A stretch of 63,279 nucleotides of DNA, the filler included, from Octopus bimaculoides (Eukaryota), in assembly GCF_001194135.2 (NCBI RefSeq). It is 6 parts of 6 records of this genome, joined end to end, with 100 filler letters (N's around TTAATTAATTAA, not from the genome) between each part and the next. Parts side by side here need not be neighbours in the genome. Positions count along the whole stretch, not along the records: positions 1 to 11,688 come from NC_068986.1; positions 11,789 to 25,120 come from NC_069003.1; 4 more parts are not named here. One strand, written 5' to 3'. The notes beneath the pieces are model-generated. The model did no database searches and was not told where the DNA came from. It was given only the letters and a program-made list of their open reading frames with translations. The position numbers and the translations under genes were made by a program. Each line of letters begins with the position of its first letter. Within the stretch, counting starts at the first letter, position 1. This document shows, one piece after another, positions 1 through 12,125 of the stretch.

Positions 1-399
1 TATATATATATATATATATATATATGCAAATATATACATGTATATGTACACGAACGTACACAAACACACAAACACATATATACATACATCTACCAAAAGA
101 TATTTTCAATGAAGTAACAAAGATAAAAAATTTTGTATATCAGTTAAATGCTAAAGGGACTGATAAATCTTTCTGTATAGCTACGCATGCAAATATGTGT
201 GTTTGTGTGTATGCGTATGTGTGTGTGTATGTGTGCGTGGGAATGTATGTATGTTTGTTTGTACATACTGTGTTATATTATTCGTGGATTGTAAATATAT
301 GTATATGTGTGTGTAAGTATGTGCGTATGTGTAAGTGTGATTATGCATGCGTGTACGTATATATATTGCATGATATCATTCGTGAATTCTAAATATATG

Positions 400-452
400 T
401 ATATGCGTGCGTGCATGTGTGTGTGTATGTGTGTGCGTGTGTGTGTGTGCGT

Positions 453-505
<53 letters not shown>

Positions 506-799
506 NNNNNNNNNNNNNNNNNNNNNNNNNNNNNNNNNNNNNNNNNNNNNNNNNNNNNNNNNNNNNNNNNNNNNNNNNNNNNNNNNNNNNNNNNNNNNNN
601 NNNNNNNNNNNNNNNNNNNNNNNNNNNNNNNNNNNNNNNNNNNNNNNNNNNNNNNNNNNNNNNNNNNNNNNNNNNNNNNNNNNNNNNNNNNNNNNNNNNN
701 NNNNNNNNNNNNNATATATGCTTGTGTATATATATCTATGTGTGTGTGTATGTATATGTGTGTGTGTGTGTGTGTGCGTATATATATATATATAGAGAG

Positions 800-867
<68 letters not shown>

Positions 868-880
868 GTGTGTGTGTGTA
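400..880. repeat. Compound microsatellite (TG)n/(TA)n/(TAGA)n around an N gap
   Basis: Directly visible di- and tetranucleotide runs; explains the C/V, H/T and SIYL pseudo-ORFs. Confidence 0.95.
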
Positions 881-1607
881 AAGAAAGAAACATATGAGTG
901 TAGCTATGCTATTGTCATACTTCATGTATTTGAAATAGTTTGAGCCATTTAGGCTGGCTTCACAAAGACTACAACCAACGAAATGACAAACTCCTTCAAA
1001 ACCGGACTACGTGATTGACGTCTTTAGGCTGGAAAACCCGCATGAATGGCGCTTGAGTGACAGTAGTAGAGTTTTTGTAAGGCTTCTTCCTTGGCAAACC
1101 AGCAATGACATCGTGACAGGCATGATTTGTCAGCGTCTTATCTTTTAATTAGCAACATCTGACACAAGGTAGACTGGTTATAAACAGACAGCAATGAATA
1201 TACCTGCCCATCAACAATAATATTATAGAACGCTGGCGGAGACAAACGAACTGAATATTTTTATCTACGATCAATGCTTAGCAGAGTTCCTCGGCAGCCG
1301 TTGATGCATTTCATGAGTTACGGAATTTTTGAGTTTCCTTCTGTTCTGTTATTTTCTTATTTTACATACTGCGTTAACATTATCTTTTTAATACTTACTC
1401 ACCACATACAAACGCACAGCCAAGTATTTATACGCCTGTATACGCGTATGAACAAATATATATTTCGTATTATGAGTATGTTTAGATATCTACGTATATA
1501 TATATATGATTACACATACACCTCATATGGATGTGTGTGAATATGCGCTTATATATATATGTGTGTGGTTGTGTATATATATATATATACACATGTCTTT
1601 TTTTGAA

Positions 1608-1648
<41 letters not shown>

Positions 1649-3141
1649 NNNNNNNNNNNNNNNNNNNNNNNNNNNNNNNNNNNNNNNNNNNNNNNNNNNN
1701 NNNNNNNNNNNNNNNNNNNNNNNNNNNNNNNNNNNNNNNNNNNNNNNNNNNNNNNNNNNNNNNNNNNNNNNNNNNNNNNNNNNNNNNNNNNNNNNNNNNN
1801 NNNNNNNNNNNNNNNNNNNNNNNNNNNNNNNNNNNNNNNNNNNNNNNNNNNNNNNNNNNNNNNNNNNNNNNNNNNNNNNNNNNNNNNNNNNNNNNNNNNN
1901 NNNNNNNNNNNNNNNNNNNNNNNNNNNNNNNNNNNNNNNNNNNNNNNNNNNNNNNNNNNNNNNNNNNNNNNNNNNNNNNNNNNNNNNNNNNNNNNNNNNN
2001 NNNNNNNNNNNNNNNNNNNNNNNNNNNNNNNNNNNNNNNNNNNNNNNNNNNNNNNNNNNNNNNNNNNNNNNNNNNNNNNNNNNNNNNNNNNNNNNNNNNN
2101 NNNNNNNNNNNNNNNNNNNNNNNNNNNNNNNNNNNNNNNNNNNNNNNNNNNNNNNNNNNNNNNNNNNNNNNNNNNNNNNNNNNNNNNNNNNNNNNNNNNN
2201 NNNNNNNNNNNNNNNNNNNNNNNNNNNNNNNNNNNNNNNNNNNNNNNNNNNNNNNNNNNNNNNNNNNNNNNNNNNNNNNNNNNNNNNNNNNNNNNNNNNN
2301 NNNNNNNNNNNNNNNNNNNNNNNNNNNNNNNNNNNNNNNNNNNNNNNNNNNNNNNNNNNNNNNNNNNNNNNNNNNNNNNNNNNNNNNNNNNNNNNNNNNN
2401 NNNNNNNNNNNNNNNNNNNNNNNNNNNNNNNNNNNNNNNNNNNNNNNNNNNNNNNNNNNNNNNNNNNNNNNNNNNNNNNNNNNNATATATATATATATAT
2501 ATATATTTATTGAGAGAGAGAGAAGGGTGGGGGAGAATTTGTTTTTGAAAGTGCACCTGAATTTGAAGAACTTGTAGTTGTTTTTAAATAAATTTATTTA
2601 CATACATCCCAAACTAGTTTCAACGATTTTTTGTTTATCAATGGTATAAATGTATATAAGACAATGGGATTTTTTTTTAGAGAATTTACAATTACGAAGT
2701 ATAAAACATGTTTTAATGATTAAATCTTCAAAAATTTAATGACAGGGGTAGATAATATCAAAAATTATCGGAGAAGAATATATAAAAAATGTGGATTACT
2801 AAAAGTTCGGTAATATTGAGTTATTATAGAATACATGGAGAAGAGAGAGAAAGAAGAAAAGAAGAGAGTAAAAAAAAGGGTGGGGTGTGATTTTTACTGT
2901 TTCTGTCGTCTTGCATGTAGCTCTTTTTTCAGTTGCGTACAGAAGTTATCCATAAGAATGGTATGAGAGCGGATATTTTGCACCATTACTTCTCGCTAAA
3001 ATATGAAAAAAAAAATATTCTAATGAAACTCACTGTTCCATATGAAAGCAGAATGAAGGAAGCACACATCTAGAAGACAGCGGAAGACGGTTATTTAGCC
3101 ATCAAATTGAGAGGATTTGGTTTTTAAGTCAAAGTACTCAC

Positions 3142-3338
3142 CGTGGAGGAGCGATCATGAGAATTGTGGGAGAATCTCTCTCACTTTCTTTGTATGTGTA
3201 TATTTCTGTGCGCTCGTGCATGTGTTTGCCACCTGTGCCGAAAACATTGTCGCCAAAACAAGTTAAATGTCCAGTCAACCGCGTCAAATCGTCAGTATCC
3301 AAACAGCAGCGCCCAGTAGTCTCATTCCAATGTGACAT
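3142..3338 (-). CDS. Candidate first coding exon of an unidentified host gene (MSHWNETTGRCCLDTDD...IAPP, phase-2 end)
   Basis: ATG in an A-rich context (taaacATG), 65 open codons, then a canonical donor CG|GTGAGT whose TGA is the stop in the ORF track. No protein family recognised. Confidence 0.3.
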
Positions 3339-3479
3339 GTTTACATTGTTTGAGAAAGATACTTTTAGGAATAGAAATATGATGTAGTTCAGGATTCCAG
3401 GACTCTGCTTCCCCTACAAAATACTTAACCAGCTTTTATGTTTCTTTAGTATATGTCGAAAGATTCCTTATAAAAATTA

Positions 3480-5440
3480 CTCAGGATGTCGATGGCTTCA
3501 TCCCGGATTTTCAGCAGACCCTGTCATTTAAAACATTCTTCGAACTTTTATAAAACACTCTGTTTGCTTACCCCAAGAATTAACAATTGAAAAAATGTAT
3601 TAAGAGAACAGACTGAACGTCACCGACCAAAATGCACACTATACGAAGAGTTTTCGTATAGTGTGCATTTTGTATATAAGCACTTTCGTTGTTCGCCATT
3701 TCAAACATGTTCTGGGTTAATGCGTATAGAGGAAGTCGTTTTTAGTAATGGTGTTGACCATTTCCAGTTTAGTTTTGGATTTACAATTGTTATAACGTGT
3801 TCTACTTTTGCCTTTCACAGTTGATCATTTTCGTCTTTTATTTTGTAAAAAAACAAAAGAATATATTGAATTTTCCATTTACAAAAATTTCTAGATGCTT
3901 ACTGCATGAAGCATTTCCTAGCGATGAATGCTTGATTTGTTGTTTGTTCGCATTCACACGGCTGGTTAGTTTTGTTCCTGTTTTTCCAATGTAATTCTCG
4001 TTGCATTGTGACACGTGATGCAGTAGATGAGATTTTTTACTTTACAATTCATGTTTGCATTCACCCTCAATTCCTTCTCATTCTTGAATATTTTGGTTGT
4101 GCCTTGTTCAATTATTTCACATGTCCCACAACGAGGATTTTCACACTTTATCTGCATCATTTCTTTCTCCGATGTGAATCTCGCCTTTGTTAGAAGTCTC
4201 TTGAGATTTGTTGGTTGTCTTTGGTAGTTGATGATTTGTGATTTTTTTAATTATATTTCAGAGATTCGATGATTGATGTTGAGTTGGGAAGTGTCGTTTG
4301 GTCGAATGTAGGATGTTGTGGTTCGTTGGATTATGGGGGAATGCAAATGGAATATTTATATTTGTATTTTAGTTTTCAGCTTCTGTGTGTGTTTTTTCCG
4401 CAAGGTAAAGATTGGGATTTCTTTTGCTTTCGTTATGGCATGATTTATTAGATTTGCAGGCATTTTTGTTGTGAAGGAAAATATTTAGTTCTGCTAATCG
4501 TTTCTCTCGTCTATTTGTACCTGTAACTACTGAGCGTATACAACTAACCATATTGAATGCTATGTTCCTTTTTGTCTGAGAAAGGTAGCAATCTAAATAT
4601 TGGTGTATGCAGGCGTCTTTGCTGAAGAGATCAAATGTAACTGTATCATTTTCTTTAATTATTAGGAGTTCCACAAAAGGGAGTTCCCTTTCATTCATTT
4701 CCATAATGAATCAAATCGACTCATGAATGCTGTTTATTAAATTAAGGTATCTTGCAAGGTCCTCCTCACTTTTGTTCCAAAATATGTAGCAATCATCGAA
4801 GTAACTTTTGCAGCTTCCTATTAAATAAGATTGCAAACGTGGATCAAAACTAATTCTAGATTTTTTTCTTCCAGATATACCATTACTAGTGTCGCATACA
4901 TCGGTGCGACTTTCGTCCCATTGCTGTGCGTTGTATTTGTAAGTAATATTCGGTTGTCCGAGATATTGTTGTTTTTCATAATTAACCGCAATCCTTCAAG
5001 TATAAGCTCTTTTGAATTCTTTGTGTGTAGTTTTCTATCAAGAATTCTACTGTTTCTAATTCTAATCCATGGAGGATATCTGTGCAGAAATTGGTTACGT
5101 CAAAGCTAACTAGTATCGTCTCTTTATCTACCCTTTCTGGAACATGGTTTAGAAAGTCCATCTCTCATGAAACTAGGGATCGATTTGCTCAAAGGTTTTA
5201 AAATTATTTCAAGGAAATTGCAAAATCGTTGGGTACTAGATGTTGGCCCTGCAACAGAGGGACGTGATTTTAGACCAGATGCTTTGGTCTACTTTGCTGG
5301 GAATGCAGCTTTTTTCTTTTCTACCCTATGACAATCAGCGGCACAGCAAAAACGAAAGTGCAGAGAGAGTCGGCACATCAAAAGAACAGGTCACTTTTAG
5401 TTGGAAATCAAACTAAACATCTTTTACAGACCATATCTAC
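3480..5440 (-). mobile_element. Penelope-like retroelement, probably Neptune type (RT + C-terminal GIY-YIG), 5'-truncated and frameshifted
   Basis: Minus-strand translation gives PLE RT motifs LKSRPSVAGPTSSTQRFCNFLEIILKPL, ILVSFDVTNF, GTKVAPMYATLVM, YFDDCYIFW and ELPFVELLII...HQYL. These are followed by KCENPRCGTC...MNCKVKNLIYCITC and, after a frameshift, NYIGKTGTKLTSR (GIY-YIG). A Cys motif between RT and EN is typical of Neptune. Confidence 0.9.
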
Positions 5441-6704
5441 CAAAAGAAGACGAGGAGAATGTAGCGGTTGCGTCTTTCGGAACTCGAATGTCCAATGAAC
5501 GAATTCATGCAATGAAAATATTTATCAGAAGCATTTAGCAAAGGAATAATATGAATGCTCTTTATATGGTACATTTATGCTAATACACACATAGCACACA
5601 GATGCACGCATGCATAACGCATATATACACACATTCATGTTCCCTTAAATATATACACAATCATATGAACGGGCAAACACAAACCTTCACTAATTCATTT
5701 CTTAGCATAGTATAGACACATCGACAAAATTGCAATAATGTTTACTCAGTTTGCTCAAAGACATTCAACTCTAACGATTGATACCTCACGGTATACTCTT
5801 CTGATTTTGGTGTGAAGAAAACATCCTACTATATCCATCGGTGACTAACCTCAGTTAAATACAAGTCTAGGGAGCAAATAACGGTAGTTATTACTAAGAA
5901 ATGCGGCTCGAGTAAATCCAAGGAACCAATCTTCGGTGAAATAGCGATAATAAACCTAACTTACAAATACATATAAATATAGCTTCAAACACATGCTTAC
6001 ACACGCAAACTACCACAAACACACATACATATATAAACATGCACATACAAACGTACATGCAAGTACATATAAACACATATTTCAAGCAGTTATTACAAAT
6101 TGACTTTAACTCACACTTCCGTATGTATTTCACCTGTCTCGTGTCGTTGTCGACGGGGGTTCAAATCTAACATCATTAATCACGGGAACAGTTATTAAGA
6201 AAATAAATCTGGTACTTTGATATTTAAAAAATTCTTCTTTCGACCTTTCTCAAAGTCTGTGAAAATATCAGTTTCTGATAGGTGCACTTAATCAACAAGT
6301 TGTACAAAGTAAGAAATATTAGCTTTCGCAGTCAGATATTCAGCTGCGATGATTTAAGCATTTCAGAAATTCTGAAGTACAAGTTCGACTCTAAAATGCG
6401 GAGACCGGTAAATTCCTCGATTAAAAAATCGAAGCATCTTATATAAACATGTCTAAGAGATCCTTACTATGATAATAGTCATGACAGGCTTAGAGATATA
6501 AATATGACTTGCGGGGCTAAACGCTGTCATATTCACAAGTAAAGGGATATCTTGTACTGTAAGTCATTAAAACGCTAGTCAGTAGGAACTAAAGTTCCGA
6601 TTTACAATGGGGCACTTAACAGTAGTTATTACCGGAAATATGGCACAAGTAAATGATGGGAACCAATCTTCGGTTAATTAACATTGATAGTAAAATAGAT
6701 CGTT

Positions 6705-6890
6705 TATCTTTTACTTGTTTCAGTCAATAGATGGTGGCTATGCTTGGACACCACCTTGAAGAGTTTTTGTCGAACGAATTAACCCCAGTACTTTTTTTTT
6801 TAAGCCGAGTACTTATTCTATCTATCTCTTTTGCTGAACCGCTAATTTACGCTAATTTCGGTTGTCAAGCGATGATGGGACACGCGCACG

Positions 6891-6922
<32 letters not shown>

Positions 6923-7075
6923 CAATGGGCTTCTTCCAGTTTCTGTCTACCAATTGATGGGCCCGATGCAATAGTAGAAGTCCCACTGCCTGGTCCAAGG
7001 TGCCACGCAGTGGGACTGAACCCAGCACCATGTGGTTGGGAAGTAACCCTCTTACCACACATCCAGTCACATAGA
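6705..7075 (-). mobile_element. tRNA-derived SINE family A, near full length, with internal microsatellite
   Basis: The minus strand reads GTGTGGTAAG...GGTTCAGTCCCACTGCGTGGCACCTTGG (A/B-box-like head), then a central (TA)/(CA) tract, then a tail ending GACTGAAACAAGTAAAAGATA. The same layout recurs more than 10 times in the window. Confidence 0.85.
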
Positions 7076-8151
7076 CACGTGTATACACAACAAACACACC
7101 TATACGTTTGAATATAGCCACAGATACATGCAAGTACTTATAAGCTTACTTAATCATTTATGCACTTATTAATTCATGCTTTCATTTACTCTATGTTTAG
7201 TCCTTTTATCTTGAAACGTAGTTTTAATAGTGTGAAAATAAGTAATGAGATGCGCTCTCTGAAAATTTTAGCTGCTCTTACCAGGGTTTAGAAAAAAAAG
7301 CCTTTTAAAATACGTTTAAAAGTTAACTGTTACAAATCAGGAAAAATGTTTACTTATCATGACTTTTAGGAATTCTGAAAAGGTATATGGAAACATATAC
7401 AACAGAAATGAGTGAATAAATAAATTGTCAATTTATATGTAAATCCAAGAAACCAAAGTTGCAATGAATGAAGGAAAAAGAGTAACATACAAGGTCTGAA
7501 TTTAAGTGAGGAAATTGTTGTAATCGAGTTTTCGCGGAGGACATGAATTTAGTGAAATAAAGGAAAAAAAAAGGTAAAATTAATTCATTTGAATCATTGC
7601 ATTATTGCAAAGACATCTAATATCGAATACTATTGCTTTTGATAAGAATAACTGCTAATACGAAATTCTTAGAGGCATCAATAATATAGACTGTACATAC
7701 ATTTTAAAATTCGTGCGAAATTCCCTGCAGTCCAATTAAACTTCCATCAAATAATTATTACCACTGAGCAAATTGTTTGTCAAGACACATTATCAGATTG
7801 TTATTGTTTGTATTTCAATGGAAGAATTTTGGTTCTTTGTAGCAGAGCCAACCATTTATTTACTGAAGATTTTAAGGAACAAAATAAATAAAACAGAGAA
7901 TATACGCACTTGTATATCTTTTTGTACATAAATATCTCTTATAAGAATTAATGGTTGAGGCGTTCTTTTTCAATGAAGTTTATTAGCAACCAGAAACCTT
8001 GATACGTGTAAGAAATAATTCAAGGATCTCAAGCATATTTAAGAAAGCTAACTAAAAATAATTATGAAGAAAAAAGAAATATTTATTTTACATATTTTAG
8101 CAACCACGAAAGACAACTCTGAACATACTTCTTTATCATTACAACTTCATT

Positions 8152-8238
8152 AAGGTGACGAGCTGGCAGAATCGTTAGCATGCCGAGCAAAATGCTTAGC
8201 GGTATTTCGTCTGCCGCTACGTTCTGAGTTCTAATTCC
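8152..8238 (+). mobile_element. SINE family B head (GGCGAGCTGGCAGAATCGTTAGCA...GTTCTGAGTTC), truncated
   Basis: tRNA-like head; its reverse complement recurs at 10880-10955 and 53340-53420. Confidence 0.8.
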
Positions 8239-8239
8239 T

Positions 8240-8597
8240 TGCCCTTCTCCGTGTGCACCTTGGACGATCATCAAACACCTCCTCGTTTCTGGTCACCAGA
8301 TCGGCCTTGGTGTTGCAGGCAGAGTGGTTGGTGTACCTGGGATTACAATTGAAGCAGTTAGGAGGCCAGATATTGGGGCTGAAGTCGTAGAAATTCTCTG
8401 ACAACTACTTGTGACTCTTTCCGGGAGATATGGGAGACGAATCCTGCTGCCACACATATGACCTTCCAAGAGCAACTCTGTCCTGCAAGGGTTTGAACCT
8501 TAATCGTTATGCTCTCCAACGTCGTCGCTTTTCTACCAACACACCAAACTGTTCTTGAAAAAGGAGACATATAAATTTAACCCGAACACCCTGTTTG
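8240..8597 (-). mobile_element. Tc1/mariner-superfamily transposase remnant, maT (DD37D)-like, internally deleted
   Basis: Minus frame reads RVALGRSYVWQQDSSP...LSENFYDFSPNIWPPNCFNCNP...NTKADLVTR, resembling YVWQQDSAP / WPPNSPDCNP. A possible TIR start ACAGGGTGTT lies at about 8597. Confidence 0.7.
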
Positions 8598-9249
8598 CTA
8601 AGATCTCACTTATATAATATAATGAGTTTAAAAAAACTTTCATTCACCGGGTATATCTATGCAATTAGCATGGGAAAAAAGTTTCTTCTAGTAGTATTCA
8701 AAAATGTAAAAACAAACAAGCAAAGGAAATAATTCTAATAAGATCAATTAATTAAAATTTTGCAAAATATGGAAAATGTAGTATGAAGGTGGATCTAATC
8801 TTTAAAACCAAGCTGCAAAAACAACGGACATGTTTCATTTTTATCAGAGTTTTTTTTATGAAATGCATCTTACTTAAAAAGTGATTACAACCACCACGTC
8901 TAAGGGCGTCTTTTTGTCTTATAATTGTATTGATCTTTTTCAGTTCGAAAATTCTCAACTCACTGTGTTATATATGGGAGACTCTAAGCTATTGGTATTT
9001 AGTCTACAGAACATTCTCCTAATGTATTTTCCGTAGACCGCGTTGTTGATAATTTAGTCATGTATGTATTGGAAAAAATTACTTTTAGAGAAAAATCTAA
9101 AGTGTTATGGACACTGAATATATCTGAAACTGCCAAAGAAAACCATATCGATTCATTATTCCAATAAAGACAAACACAGTGAAAGCGTAACAGACCTCAT
9201 GTTTCGCTATACGACAATGAAAAAAGGTTATTATATACCATAAATCTTT

Positions 9250-9430
9250 TCTTTTAGTTTGTTTCGATCATTGGACTGCGACCATGCTGTCGCACCGCTT
9301 TAGAAGTTTTAGTCGAACAAATCGATTCCAGTACTTATTTTAGAGACTAGTACTTATATAGTTCTCTTTTACTGCACTACTAGGTTACAGGGACGTAAAC
9401 ATATCAACACCAATTGTCAATTAGTGAAGG
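9250..9430 (-). mobile_element. SINE family A, 3' half
   Basis: Matches the family A tail (ttgtttcgatcattggactgcgaccatgctg...gacgtaaac...ttgtcaa). Confidence 0.75.
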
Positions 9431-9960
9431 TTAAAATATAATCACACATAAATATACACACATACATACATACATACATACATACATACAATAACTTCTT
9501 GTTCAGCAAAGCGGTCATAGAAACTCTCTTTTCCCAAGGAACTGTTGTGGCTTACCAAGCAACATCGTCCGCTGTGAAACCACGTGACCCTCCTTGACCA
9601 ACTGCAGTCCATCTCCCAGTAGCCATATTTGACTTCTTGTATTTCTCCATTCACTCGGAACCTGAGGAGACAATTCCACGAGCCTGAGGGGACAGGTTCC
9701 GTCAAGGCCTGCGAAACTTGAAGTAGCACGGAATCCGAATTAAACTGTTTTCTATACACACACGCATGCACACNNNNNNNNNNNNNNNNNNNNNNNNNNN
9801 NNNNNNNNNNNNNNNNNNNNNNNNNNNNNNNNNNNNNNNNNNNNNNNNNNNNNNNNNNNNNNNNNNNNNNNNNNNNNNNNNNNNNNNNNNNNNNNNNNNN
9901 NNNNNNNNNNNNNNNNNNNNNNNNNACAAACACACACACACACGCGCGTATACACATATA

Positions 9961-10735
9961 CGAGCGAGAGTCAAAATTATACGCACTCTTGTTTTTTCAA
10001 TGTATTTATAGAAAAACGGAATAAACAAGTACATCATTTTCCTATATAGCCTCCTTCCTTTTCGATGCACTTAGTCCAGTGTTCCACAAGCTTGCGCATT
10101 CACTTCATGAAGATTTTCGGTTAGCCGTGCAACCATTTATGCAGTGCTTCCTACACATCTTCATCCGTAGTAAATCGACGACCTCGTAAACCATCTTTGA
10201 GCGGTCCAAAAATATGATAGTCGGAAGGGGCGAGATCTCCTCTTTTGTAGGCAGGGTGTTCCAGAACCTCAAAACCCAGTTCGTTAATGGTTTCAACGGT
10301 CTGGGTGGCCGTGTATGGGCGTGCATTGTCATGCAACAACAAAACTTTCTTTAACAATAGGCTTCGGCGTTTCGTGCAAATTGCTGGCTTCAGTTTGTCG
10401 GCCAGCAAAGCACTGTATCTTGCACTGTTGATTGTACAACCCTTTTCCAGCTAGTCTTCCACTATAGGTCTTTTGAGTCCCAGAAATGGATTAGCATCGC
10501 CTTTCCCACGGAATACTGTCTTGAATTTCTTTGTTGCTGCAGAGTCAAGATGTTTCCACTCCATAATCTGTCTCTTGGATTCTGCCTCATAATGATGGAC
10601 CCACATTTCATCTTTTGTGAATGTTCTGCTGTTGTAGCGATCGAGTAAACGTTGACAAACCTCAAGACGTTTGCGCTTGGGCTCTGCAGTAAGCTCTCTT
10701 GGCACCCATCTTACACAGACTATATTTGAAGGGCA
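9961..10735 (-). mobile_element. Mariner (DD34D) transposon, 3' portion with terminal inverted repeat
   Basis: Motifs RWVPRELT, DEMWVHHYEAESKRQ, LLLHDNARPYTA, DLAPSDYHIFGPLK and KLVEHWTKCIEKEGGY, with frameshifts. The end reads TA|CGAGCGAGAGTCAAAATTATACGCA, a mariner-type TIR after a TA. Confidence 0.92.
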
Positions 10736-10854
10736 GAACCATGAATTGAAAGGCAAAGCCATGACTAATCTTCAGAGGATGAGCTGCTTCACCGATGATA
10801 ACTCACTGGTTCACCATTACCATCTCTCGAGCTTGCTGAATCTTATCGACAGTG

Positions 10855-11130
10855 AAGGAAGTTGACAGAATTTGGACTTAGAACGTGAAGACGGGCGAAA
10901 TACTGCTAAGCATTTTGCCCAGTGTGCTAAAGATTCTGCCAGCTCGTCGCCTTAATTTGAACTCAACATTGCTTTCAAATTTTGACACAAGGCCAATAAT
11001 TTCGGAGGAGTTGGGTAAGTTGGTTTCACTGACCCCAGTGTTCAACTGGTACTTGTTGTATCGACTCCGAAAGGATGAAAGGCAAAAGTCGACCTCGGCG
11101 GAATTTGATTTAAGCTCAACATTGAAAGGA
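10855..11130 (-). mobile_element. SINE family B, two partial copies in tandem
   Basis: Head reverse complement at 10880-10955. The body/tail piece has ...ccgaaaggatgaaaggcaaaagtcgacctcggcggaatttga, a central domain resembling MetaSINE-type cores. Confidence 0.8.
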
Positions 11131-11579
11131 GAAAGGTAACAAACTATTTGTTGCTTTTACAATTCTGTCGCTGTTTACATTGACAAGGTGCTTTCACCCT
11201 GTGATGCCTAATTTTAGTGGAATTAGCCATTTCAGAGTTAAGTACCTTTGTACAGGTGGAAGGCAATACTATTGACAGTTATATGAACCTCAGCGTTTAT
11301 CTCGACTGCTGTTTCCTATTCTATCAACCTGACTTTCCCCACTCTCTTATGGAACAAATAATGAGGATATGGAATGTATGTGCGTGCGCATGTCTGAGTG
11401 TGCGTGTGTAAAAGAAAGAGAGAGAGGGAGAGAGAGTGTGTGTGTGTATGTGTGTGTGGTGATTGTGGTGGTGGTAGTGGTGGTGGGGAGGTGCAAAGGA
11501 AATGTTTTAGAAAGAAAATTCTAAGACCAGACCATGAACTATTCCCAATAAAAGTCCATGACAAAACTACCTTTTAGCT

Positions 11580-11688
11580 TTTATCTTTTACTTGTTTCAG
11601 CTATTAGAATGCGGCCATGCTGGGGTAATGCATTGAAGAATTTTATTCGAATGTATCGAATCCAATATTTTTTAATGACTGGTACTTG
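11580..11688 (-). mobile_element. SINE family A tail cut by scaffold end
   Basis: ttatcttttacttgtttcagctattagaatgcggccatgctgg. Confidence 0.75.
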
Positions 11689-11788
11689 NNNNNNNNNNNN
11701 NNNNNNNNNNNNNNNNNNNNNNNNNNNNNNNNTTAATTAATTAANNNNNNNNNNNNNNNNNNNNNNNNNNNNNNNNNNNNNNNNNNNN
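11689..11788. other. Artificial scaffold spacer (N44-TTAATTAATTAA-N44)
   Basis: Exactly 100 bp with a palindromic six-frame-stop core; identical at five positions. Confidence 0.95.
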
Positions 11789-12009
11789 CACACACATATA
11801 TATATACACACACATATATATATATACACACACACATATATATATATACACACACACATATATATATACACACACATATATATATATATACACACACATA
11901 TATATATATATATACACACACATATATATATATATATACACACACATATATATATATATATACACACACACATATATATATATATACACACACATATATA
12001 TATATATAT

Positions 12010-12052
<43 letters not shown>

Positions 12053-12125
12053 GTGAGAGAGAGAGGTACATAGACAGACAGATAGATACATAGATATATA
12101 GACAGACAGACAGACAGACAGACAG
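11789..12125. repeat. Compound (CA)n(TA)n minisatellite followed by (GACA)n
   Basis: Directly visible. Confidence 0.95.

Noticed and set aside
960-1330. Non-repetitive block with a ~45-codon minus frame (LTNHACHDVIAGLPRKKP...)
   Set aside because: No convincing splice pair and no recognisable protein; cannot be supported as an exon.
24-2577. Long ORFs rich in C/V, Y/I, H/T and X
   Set aside because: Translations of (TG)n and (TA)n runs and N gaps; no real coding signal. The same applies to similar ORFs throughout the window.
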